The position numbers and the translations under genes are program-made. Of a stretch of 64,000 nt of DNA, positions 9,674 through 17,795 are shown in pieces. The first letter of the stretch is position 1, and the number at the start of each line of letters is the position of its first letter. Under the pieces are notes generated by a model. It was not told where the DNA came from, made no database searches, and saw only the letters and a list, made by a program, of their open reading frames with translations. Origin of the DNA: Candidatus Eiseniibacteriota bacterium (GTDB lineage Bacteria > Eisenbacteria > RBG-16-71-46 > JABDJR01); the NCBI GenBank assembly GCA_963762255.1, contig CAVXKA010000002.1:32001-96000 (forward strand), read 5' to 3'.

Positions 9674-11338
9674 ATGCCATCCCAACTGGATCACTCGGTC
9701 GACCTCAAGCACTACGCGCGGATCCTCACCCGCCGGCGGTGGATCATCCTGCTCTGCGTGGTGGCTACCCTGTGCGCTGCCCTGGTCGGCCTGGCCTTCG
9801 TGCCCCGCCAATACCAGTCCTCGGCCACGCTCCTCATCGAGGAGCGCAAGCCCCTGGTCCGCGAGCTGGAACAGGTGATCGGCGGCCTCGGCGCGGCGGG
9901 CAGCGATCGGCGCACCGAAGAGCAGCGCATCGCCCAGATCATCGGTTACGTGCGCAGCCGCCCCTTTCTGGAACGGGTGGTGAAGATCCTCAAGATGACC
10001 GACGACCCGACGGTGCGGGAGCGGGCGAGGGCGCGCCAGACCCGCTATCCCGAACTCAGCGTGGACGAGATCGGGGTGAGGCTTCTGGTCGAGCACTTGC
10101 AGAAGCGGATCGGGGTGGGATCGAGCGGTCCCGGCCTCTACACGTTCATTGTCCGCGACTACACGCCGGGCACGGCGCAGCTCCTCTCGAAGTGGATCAG
10201 CGAGCTCTTCATCGACCTCACCATGCAGAAGGAGCTGGAACGCATCCGTGCCGCGCGCAATTTCGGCGCGGACCAGTTGCGGGTCTATCAGGAGCAGCTC
10301 TCCTCCTCCGAAAACGCACTGGAGCAGTATCAGTCGTCGATCATCCAGCGGGGCCTCAACAACATGCTGGTGCGGCCCGAGAACTTGGGCGCGGCGGAGA
10401 ACCTCTACCGGCGTCTCTCCGACGACGCTTCCACGGCTCGCGCTCGCGTGGGTCCGTTCTTCCGCGCCGCGTCGGACGCCGGGATCGCGACCGTGGAAAC
10501 CGTGCTCCGCGAGGATCCCGACATCGCCAGCCTCACCGACAAGTTTCGGAACGCGCTCGACCGCAAGATGGAGGCCGAGCTCAGCGCCACGAGCAGCCCG
10601 GGAGGACTCTCCTCGGCCAACGCCACCCTTGCGGGTGCGCGCACGCAGTTGTATCAGGGGCTCGAAAGCAAGGCGGAGGCGATCCGACCCGACGCCACGC
10701 AGGAGTCGCGGCGGTCGTTGGCCGCGTACGTCTTCGCCGACATCGACGCCACCGCCCAGCGCAACGCCGCGGAGAACCTCAAGCGCTCCATCGACTCTCT
10801 GACCCGGTCGGCGCGCTCGCAACCCGCGGCGAACATCGAACTCACGCGGCTTCAGAACGACGTGGAGCGGAACCGGCAGCTCCTGCAATCCTTCCAGGCG
10901 CAGATGATCGCCAGCGACATCTCCCAGGCGGTGGAGACCACCGACCTCGGGCTGCGCATCGAGATCGTGGATCCCGCGCAACTTCCGCTCGAGCCGAGCT
11001 GGCCCAACCGGAAGAAGATCCTGGTGCTGGCCGCCCTGCTGGGCCCGGTACTGGGGGTCGGATTCGCGTTCCTGAGCGAGATGCTGGATCCCACGCTGCG
11101 CACGCTCGAGGACATCCAGCGGGTGGCCCCGGAGCCGGTGCTGGGCACGCTGCCCCTTCTCGACGAGACCATGACCCGACTGACGGGATTCCGGCGCTAC
11201 TGGTTGCCGGTCACGCTGGGTGGCTTGGTTCTGCTGACCGTGGTGTTCTTCACGATCCGCGCCACGGTCTTCCCCGGCCTCGGCGCATCGGTCACGCCGG
11301 TGCGGGCGGTGGAGCCGGTCGAGGGCCTCACGCGATGA
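9674..11338 (+). CDS. polysaccharide co-polymerase / chain-length determinant (Wzc N-terminal, GumC-like)
   Basis: DL.HY.RIL.RRRWII TM, YQSSATLLIE, long coiled coil, IVDPAQLP.EPSWPN, TM, E.LD.TLRT.EDI....PVLG.LP. Confidence 0.88.
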   Translation: MPSQLDHSVDLKHYARILTRRRWIILLCVVATLCAALVGLAFVPRQYQSSATLLIEERKPLVRELEQVIGGLGAAGSDRRTEEQRIAQIIGYVRSRPFLERVVKILKMTDDPTVRERARARQTRYPELSVDEIGVRLLVEHLQKRIGVGSSGPGLYTFIVRDYTPGTAQLLSKWISELFIDLTMQKELERIRAARNFGADQLRVYQEQLSSSENALEQYQSSIIQRGLNNMLVRPENLGAAENLYRRLSDDASTARARVGPFFRAASDAGIATVETVLREDPDIASLTDKFRNALDRKMEAELSATSSPGGLSSANATLAGARTQLYQGLESKAEAIRPDATQESRRSLAAYVFADIDATAQRNAAENLKRSIDSLTRSARSQPAANIELTRLQNDVERNRQLLQSFQAQMIASDISQAVETTDLGLRIEIVDPAQLPLEPSWPNRKKILVLAALLGPVLGVGFAFLSEMLDPTLRTLEDIQRVAPEPVLGTLPLLDETMTRLTGFRRYWLPVTLGGLVLLTVVFFTIRATVFPGLGASVTPVRAVEPVEGLTR

Positions 11339-12036
11339 GGGTGCTCGATGCGATGCACCAGGATTGGCCGGTGGCCACCGAGGTGCGCAAGCTTCAATCC
11401 CGGGTCTGGCGGCTCTCCCGCAAGGAGGGGCTGAAGACGATCCTGGTCACCAGTGCGGTGGGCGGGGAGGGGAAGACCACCACCGTGGCCTATCTCGCCG
11501 CCACCATCGCACTCCATCCCGATCGCAAGGTCCTGGCGGTGGACTGCGATTTCCGGCGTCCGCATCTTCACACGCACTTCGATCTCGAGCCCGGGCTCGG
11601 ATTCGCCGACCTGCTGCAGGGGCGCTGCACGGAAGAGGAGGCGATCCAGAGGACTCCGCTGCCGAACCTGGATCTGCTCCTGGCGGGCAAGTTGCGCGAA
11701 TCGCCGGGAAAGGTGCTCGACTCGCCCAATGTGGAGCAGGTGCTTGCCTCGCTGCGCGCTCGCTACGACATCATCCTGCTCGACGCCCCGCCCCTGGTGC
11801 CGGTGGCCGACGCCGCCGCGCTGGTGCCGCTCTCCGATGGCGTGTTGCTGGTGGTGATGGCGGGCAAGACCCCTCGCCCTCATCTCACCCGCGCGCGGGA
11901 GCTCTGTCTGGGAATGGGCGGCCGCATCCTGGGGCTGGTCGTCGGCAACGCGCGGGAGGCCGCGCCCGACTACTACAATCCGCGCTACTACAATGATTAC
12001 GGCTATGGCCGGACCCACCGAGGAGACGGCGAGTAG
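11335..12036 (+). CDS. CpsD/CapB family bacterial tyrosine kinase
   Basis: ATG 11335 (ATGA overlap); TS...GEGKTT Walker A, VDCDFRRP, YDIILLDAPP, C-terminal Tyr cluster DYYNPRYYNDYGY. Confidence 0.92.
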   Translation: MRVLDAMHQDWPVATEVRKLQSRVWRLSRKEGLKTILVTSAVGGEGKTTTVAYLAATIALHPDRKVLAVDCDFRRPHLHTHFDLEPGLGFADLLQGRCTEEEAIQRTPLPNLDLLLAGKLRESPGKVLDSPNVEQVLASLRARYDIILLDAPPLVPVADAAALVPLSDGVLLVVMAGKTPRPHLTRARELCLGMGGRILGLVVGNAREAAPDYYNPRYYNDYGYGRTHRGDGE

Positions 12037-13075
12037 TCCGGTGCCGTCGTCGTCGGCGGGCGGGTTCCCGCGTGTCTCGGTAGTGGTTCCGGTCCTCGAC
12101 GAGGCGCGCGACCTCGGGTCTCTCCTCGATCAACTGCGCGAGCAGGAGTTCCCGGCGGGGGGCTTCGAAGTGCTCGTTGCCGACGGGGGCTCCCGCGACG
12201 GCACCGCCGAGCTGGTGCGCGCGCGCGCCGCGACGTGGCCCGCGCTCGCACTGGTCGAGAATCGGGGCCGCCGCAGCAGTTGCGGGCGCAACGCCGGAGC
12301 GAGCGCGGCGCGCGGTGACTGCGTGGTCTTCCTCGACGGTCACTGCTCGCTACCGCGGCGCGATTATCTCTCGCGCCTGGACGATCTGTTCGCCTCCACC
12401 GGCGCGGATTGCCTGTGTCGACCCCAGCCCCTCACGGAGCTCGCCGCAGAGCCCTGGGAACGCGCCATTGCCGCCGCCCGCCATTCGCCACTGGGCCACA
12501 AGCCGGGCTCCGACATCTTCGGCGGCGAACCCGGATTCACCGATCCCCGCTCCGCGGGCGCGGCCTATCGTCGCAAGGTGTGGGTCGAGTTGGGGGGATA
12601 CGACGAGCGATTCGACGCGTGCGAAGATGTCGAGTTCAACCACCGCGTCGCTTCGGCCGGGTACAGCGCCTACCGGCATCCGGATCTCGCCGTGTACTAC
12701 CGCCCCCGATCCACGCCGGGCGGGCTGTGGCGCCAGATGGTGCGCTACGGGCGCGGCCGCGCGAACCTCTTCGCGCGCCACCCCTCCACCGCTCCCTGGT
12801 CGCTCCTCGCGATGAGCACGGTGGGGATCGCGTGGGTCGTGCTGCCGTTACTGCTCGGCGGGGCGCGCGGCGGCGCGACGATGGTGTCGTTGCTGGCGCT
12901 CTGGCTGGCCGCGCTCGGCGTCGAGGGTCTGCGATGGGCGCGGCCGCGCTCCGATTGGTCTCGCGTGGCGACGGCGCTGGGCACGATTCATCTGGGACTC
13001 CTCGCAGGCTTCTGGCGCGGCCTCGTCGAAGCACCCCGTTTCCGCGGTCCGGTGGAGGAGCGGGACCATGGTTGA
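12005..13075 (+). CDS. GT2 family glycosyltransferase (ExoA-like)
   Basis: VSVVVPVLDE, VADGGSRDGT, FLDGH, GGYDERF..CEDVEFN.R, Q..RYG.GR, C-terminal TM helices. Confidence 0.9.
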   Translation: MAGPTEETASSPVPSSSAGGFPRVSVVVPVLDEARDLGSLLDQLREQEFPAGGFEVLVADGGSRDGTAELVRARAATWPALALVENRGRRSSCGRNAGASAARGDCVVFLDGHCSLPRRDYLSRLDDLFASTGADCLCRPQPLTELAAEPWERAIAAARHSPLGHKPGSDIFGGEPGFTDPRSAGAAYRRKVWVELGGYDERFDACEDVEFNHRVASAGYSAYRHPDLAVYYRPRSTPGGLWRQMVRYGRGRANLFARHPSTAPWSLLAMSTVGIAWVVLPLLLGGARGGATMVSLLALWLAALGVEGLRWARPRSDWSRVATALGTIHLGLLAGFWRGLVEAPRFRGPVEERDHG

Positions 13076-14534
13076 CCGCGACCCGACCGCCTCACGCGGA
13101 ATACCGTCGGGCCCGGGCCTGCGCGAAAGCGACATCCTCGCGCGCGGCGCGCGGCGGGCTGCGGTCGTGCTGGCCCTGATCGCGTTCTGCGTGATGGTGG
13201 GCCTGGCCGCGATCGCGGTGAGACCGGTCATCATCATCGGCGCGGTGGCGGGGATCGGGGCGGTGATCGCGATCCTCGCCCGGCCCTACCTCGGGCTCCT
13301 CCTCTACACGGCGGTGGATCTGCTCCGTCCCGGAGAGCTCTATCCCGCTCTCGCTGCGATGCGCCTCGAGCGTACGGTCGCGGTGGTCGCACTGGGGGCC
13401 ATGTACTTCGACATGTACCGGCGCGAGGGGAAGCTCCTCTTCGACCGCTCCCCCCAGACGCGATGGTTCCTGGCATTCCTGGCCGCGGTAGCGTGCTCGG
13501 TGCCGTGGTCCTATTGGAGTTCGTTTTCCGCAGACGTCTTCATCGATCTGCTCAAGCTCCTGGCCTACTACCTGATGATCGTGCACCTGGCCAACACGCG
13601 AGGGCGGATCAGGGCGTGGACGTGGACGTATCTCCTCTTCATCGGCTACTTCGCAGTGACTTCGTTACGCGCCTTCTACGCGGGGGACTACCTGTTCGCC
13701 CAGGGGATCGAGCGGGTCGAGGGGGCCACGAGCCTGGGAACCGACCCCAACACGCTCGCCACCTCCCTGGGCTCTGCTTTGGGGCTCTTCCTTCTCGCCG
13801 GTCTGCGGGATCGTGCCCGGCTGGGCCGGCTCCTGAGCCTGGGCGGGATCGCGATGATCGTGTGGACGATCTCCTTCACCGGGTCGCGAGGCGGTGTCGT
13901 GGCGTTGCTGTCCATGCTGGTCTGGCTCTGGTGGCGCTCCCCCCGGCGCGTCGTGACCGGCGCCCTGGGCGTGCTGCTCCTCGTCGGGATCTTCCAGGTG
14001 CTGCCCGGGCAGTATCAACGCCGCTACGCCAGCATTGGCGAGTCCGAGCGGGACGAATCCTCGGAGGCCCGAATCGATGCGTGGAAGAAGGGCGCACACA
14101 TGCTGGCCGATCGTCCGCTCTTCGGGGTCGGAGCGGGATGCTTCGGGATCGCCCACGCAGATCATTACTCCTCGGGGCGAATGAAGTCCTATCTCAACGC
14201 GCATAACTTGGTCGTGCAGCTCTTCGCGGAAACCGGTGTCGTAGGAGGGGTGACCTTCTTCGGATTCGTGGTCGCCTTCATGATCGTGAACCGGAGGGCG
14301 GCACGCGTCTTCCGAGGGCGGGGGAGCGAGTGGAGGTTCGAGACGGGGGTGGCGGACGGCATCATGGCGGGCATCGTATTCCTCTTCGCGGCTTCGCTCT
14401 TCGGGCACAGCCTGTACCGGAGTACCTGGTACATCTACGCCGCGGCGGGGCTTGCGCTGCACCGCTTGGCCGTGACCACCGAGGCATCGGCGAACCCGGC
14501 GGGGTCGGTGGCCGGCAACGAGGGGGCGGGGTGA
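13068..14534 (+). CDS. O-antigen ligase / Wzy polymerase family protein
   Basis: about 12 TM helices, DPNTLA, TGSRGG, SSEARIDAW, PLFGVGAGCF, AHNLVVQLFAETGVVG. Confidence 0.88.
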   Translation: MVDRDPTASRGIPSGPGLRESDILARGARRAAVVLALIAFCVMVGLAAIAVRPVIIIGAVAGIGAVIAILARPYLGLLLYTAVDLLRPGELYPALAAMRLERTVAVVALGAMYFDMYRREGKLLFDRSPQTRWFLAFLAAVACSVPWSYWSSFSADVFIDLLKLLAYYLMIVHLANTRGRIRAWTWTYLLFIGYFAVTSLRAFYAGDYLFAQGIERVEGATSLGTDPNTLATSLGSALGLFLLAGLRDRARLGRLLSLGGIAMIVWTISFTGSRGGVVALLSMLVWLWWRSPRRVVTGALGVLLLVGIFQVLPGQYQRRYASIGESERDESSEARIDAWKKGAHMLADRPLFGVGAGCFGIAHADHYSSGRMKSYLNAHNLVVQLFAETGVVGGVTFFGFVVAFMIVNRRAARVFRGRGSEWRFETGVADGIMAGIVFLFAASLFGHSLYRSTWYIYAAAGLALHRLAVTTEASANPAGSVAGNEGAG

Positions 14535-14586
14535 GCCGCGGGCGACCGGGAGCGTGGGAAGCATGATCGGGTCCGGGTGGGATGAC

Positions 14587-15963
14587 ATGAGGGAGCGCCT
14601 CGATCGCTTCGGGGCGGTCCACCGCCTCAACGGCCTTGCCGCATCGGTGTGTGCGGGGGGGGACGAGAGCCGCGGGCGCCCGTGGAGGGCGGCGGAGCGG
14701 CTTCTGAGTGCCTGGCGCTATGCCGGGAACGAGCGGGTCGCCGGGAACGTGGTCCATCACGTCGAACGTCTCGTGCGGAACGCCTGCACGAGCGACGGAG
14801 CGTTGGTGCCGGTGGCCGAGAACGCGTTTCTCGCCGAGTTCGCGGGAGGGGCCAGTGCCCGCGCCATTCGCGCGCGCTACGCCGGCTATCCCCCCGAGGA
14901 CCGCGTGCGGTTGCGCAAGCCCTCGCGCTCCCACGATGCGGAACGGCAGGGCAACCTCATGGTTCTCAAGGCCGCCGACCCATCAACCGGAGAACGCGGC
15001 GTGCTCCTCGTCATGTACACGCACGGTCTGCGCGAGCTCCCGGCGGTGTTCGATCTTGCCGCGCTCGCGGGCCACTATCGCATCGTGATCGAGCCGAGTT
15101 GGTGGGGCTACCAGGATGCCGGGTTGCTGCTCTATCACGGTTCGGATCTGGACGGCATCGTGCTCGCGCAGCGCGGCGAGGACTACGACTACATCCGCGA
15201 CCACGGCTACAATCTTCGCCCGCTTCGCCTCGGCGCGGGGGACTGGGTTGATCCCGTCCTCTTCCGTCCGCGCGAGGACGGAGAACGCCCGCACGACCTG
15301 GTGATGGTGGCGGCGTGGGATCCCTTCAAGCGTCACGCGGTGCTCTTCGAGGCGCTGGCTGCCATCCGTCGCCGTCACGGGCGGCGGCTGCGCATCGCGC
15401 TCGTGGGCTACCCGCTCGGCTGGGACCGCGCGAGGATCGAAGCACTGGCTGGGCGGCACGGCGTGCTCGAAGACTGCACGCTCTTCGAATCCGTGCCCCC
15501 GGAGGTTGTGGCCTCGGTGGTGGGGGGGGCGAGAGCGTTCGTCCTTCTCTCGCGACGCGAGGGGGCCAACCGCGCCCTCTACGAGAGTCTCTTCTGTAAC
15601 ACCCCGGTCCTGGTGCCAAGCGGCCACCGCGGTGTGAACCTCGACCATGTCAACGCGGCGACCGGCCTTCTCTTCGAGGAACGCGATCTCGCGCAGGCGA
15701 TCCTCGCCGTGGTGGAAGGCGGGCAACGGTTCCACCCGCGGGAGTGGGCGCTGGCCCACACCGGCTGGGAACGATCCACGCATACGCTCAACGACGCGCT
15801 ACGGGAGCTGGCGCTTCGGTGGCGCGAACCCTGGACGCGCGACATCGCGGGCCGTAGGAACGCGCCGAACCTGCGCTACGCCCGCGCGGGGCTCTACCGC
15901 GAGTTCGAGACCGAGTACACCGCGCTGTCCCGCTGGCTCCGGCCTGCCGGCGCTTCGGCCTAG
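14587..15963 (+). CDS. GT4-like glycosyltransferase with an unusual N-terminal extension
   Basis: C-terminal 'AAWDPFKRH' and 'LSRREGANRALYESL' (EX7E); start uncertain (14554-14587). Confidence 0.7.
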   Translation: MRERLDRFGAVHRLNGLAASVCAGGDESRGRPWRAAERLLSAWRYAGNERVAGNVVHHVERLVRNACTSDGALVPVAENAFLAEFAGGASARAIRARYAGYPPEDRVRLRKPSRSHDAERQGNLMVLKAADPSTGERGVLLVMYTHGLRELPAVFDLAALAGHYRIVIEPSWWGYQDAGLLLYHGSDLDGIVLAQRGEDYDYIRDHGYNLRPLRLGAGDWVDPVLFRPREDGERPHDLVMVAAWDPFKRHAVLFEALAAIRRRHGRRLRIALVGYPLGWDRARIEALAGRHGVLEDCTLFESVPPEVVASVVGGARAFVLLSRREGANRALYESLFCNTPVLVPSGHRGVNLDHVNAATGLLFEERDLAQAILAVVEGGQRFHPREWALAHTGWERSTHTLNDALRELALRWREPWTRDIAGRRNAPNLRYARAGLYREFETEYTALSRWLRPAGASA

Positions 15964-15970
15964 ACCCGTC

Positions 15971-17533
15971 TTACCGGCCTTGGGAGGGTGGCGATGGGGC
16001 CAGAGCCCCGCTCCGGCGCACGCGCCACAGCTCCCCGCGCTCGCAGCGACCGGCGGGGTCCGCGATGGCCTCAAGCCGGGCGCGGAAGGGGGCGTTGAGA
16101 CGGCAGGCCCAGACGTAATCGTAGGCGGCCTGGAGATCCTCCCACTTCACGATCGAGACGTTTGCCGTCTCGTCGTAGGCGGTGTCCCGCTGCCGGGGAG
16201 TCGAAGTGAGTTCGAGTACCTGCTGCGAGGGGTACGTGAAGATCGTGGGGACGAACGCGCGCCGCTCGATGGTGGCGTAGTTCACCACGTGGATCATGCC
16301 GCGCTCGCGCTGGTCGACCATCGGATCGCTCGCGCGCAGATACAGGGAGAAGACGCGGGCGCCTTCGTCCACCGTGCCGAGCAGGCGGACCTGGCAGGCG
16401 ATCTCCCGCCCTTGAGCAGTCCACGCCGCCCACACGCCGCCCACCTTCAGGAGCGAGGCCGCGAGGACGAGGACGAGGGCGATGCGCGCGGCACGAGGGC
16501 GCGAGCCCAGGTCGAAGACGAAGAGTGCGCACGCTAGGAAGGCCATCACGAAACGCACGTCGGCGTCGTAGCCGGTCATTGCCTCGTACGGCGAGGCGAC
16601 GTACGCGACGAGAAGCGCGGCGGCGGCGGCCAGCGGCGCCGGACGCACAGCGAAGCGGCTCCGTCCGAGGAACGCGATCCCCGCGGCCGTGGCGAGCAGG
16701 ACGAGGGCCGCCACGTCGAGGCGCCGATCGTAGGTGATGAACGGCGTCAACAGGGTGACGACTTTGCGGCCGATCGAGCCCCAGGAGACTTCTCCCATCG
16801 TTCCGGCGTCGAGCATGTAGAAGAGGAGGAACACGGCGGCCGGAGCGAAGCCGATGAGCGCAGCGACGTGACGCCGGGCGAGCCGGCGGGCCATCCAGAT
16901 GTCCGAGATGGTGATGCCGGCCACTGCCACGCCAAGCAGGATGAACCCGGCGAGGTGGGAGAAGTAGGTGAGGAGCGTGAGCACGCTCACCAGGAGTATC
17001 CCCGGCGGCCGGGGATGCTCGCGCCGCCGGACCCACACCGCGAGCGTGATGAAGAAGAGCGTGAGGGCGAGGTTGTAATTAAGGAATCCGTAGTAAAAGG
17101 TCGAGTTGTAGGCGAAAAAGGCAACGAGCAGGGCGGGAGTGCCGGTGCGGCCCGTGAAGGCCCGGCCAAGGAGAAACGCGCCCAGAACCCCGAGTATCAC
17201 GATGGCGCTCAGGAGGATCCGGCCGGCCGTCGCTGCCGAGAGAACTTGCATCATCGCCATCAAGGCCAGATCCACGGTCAGGTAGGGAAGTGGCCTCATG
17301 TCGACCCGGTAGTTCTGGGCCAGCGTGTCGAAGTCGTGGATGTGAGCGAGCACGTAGGAGCGGGCCAGGTGGTTGGGGTAGTCGACGAGCGGCGGATAAG
17401 CCACTGACCAGAGGGGGATGAGGAGGGCGACAGCGGCAGCGGCCATGAGGACGCCCGACCTCCGGTCAAACGGCACGGGCGGTGGCGGAGCACCGGCCTT
17501 GGGCGAGGAGCGGATCGGTCGGGAGAGCATCAT
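15971..17533 (-). CDS. polytopic membrane protein, probable GT-C-type glycosyltransferase or modifying enzyme
   Basis: YPPLVDYPNHLAR loop after TM1, YGFLNY, FSHL, about 11-12 TM helices and a periplasmic C-terminal domain; alternative start 17446. Confidence 0.6.
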   Translation of the reverse strand: MMLSRPIRSSPKAGAPPPPVPFDRRSGVLMAAAAVALLIPLWSVAYPPLVDYPNHLARSYVLAHIHDFDTLAQNYRVDMRPLPYLTVDLALMAMMQVLSAATAGRILLSAIVILGVLGAFLLGRAFTGRTGTPALLVAFFAYNSTFYYGFLNYNLALTLFFITLAVWVRRREHPRPPGILLVSVLTLLTYFSHLAGFILLGVAVAGITISDIWMARRLARRHVAALIGFAPAAVFLLFYMLDAGTMGEVSWGSIGRKVVTLLTPFITYDRRLDVAALVLLATAAGIAFLGRSRFAVRPAPLAAAAALLVAYVASPYEAMTGYDADVRFVMAFLACALFVFDLGSRPRAARIALVLVLAASLLKVGGVWAAWTAQGREIACQVRLLGTVDEGARVFSLYLRASDPMVDQRERGMIHVVNYATIERRAFVPTIFTYPSQQVLELTSTPRQRDTAYDETANVSIVKWEDLQAAYDYVWACRLNAPFRARLEAIADPAGRCERGELWRVRRSGALAPSPPSQGR

Positions 17534-17795
17534 GGGACGGAAAGCCTACCTGAGGCCATTCGGCGTGTCATGCTCGGGGGGTGCCGCTGGTTCGAATCCG
17601 TTGCCGCTGGGGGCGCCGGGCCGTACCATCCCCCCCTGCAGCGGGCGGAGGCCGGTCTAGCCTTCGGGGGAGCGAGGGGGGAGTTCTTCGTGAGGGAAGC
17701 GCCCCACAGTGTGGGGGAGAAGGGCCGTGCGGCTCACCCGGAGTCGCCTCTCGGCCGATCACCGAGGCTGGACCTTTACCTCGAGGAGTTGGACC

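Noticed and set aside
17586-17602. GGTTCGAATCC, resembling a tRNA T-arm
   Set aside because: The T-stem pairs poorly beyond 2 bp, and no acceptor, D or anticodon arms can be folded around it.
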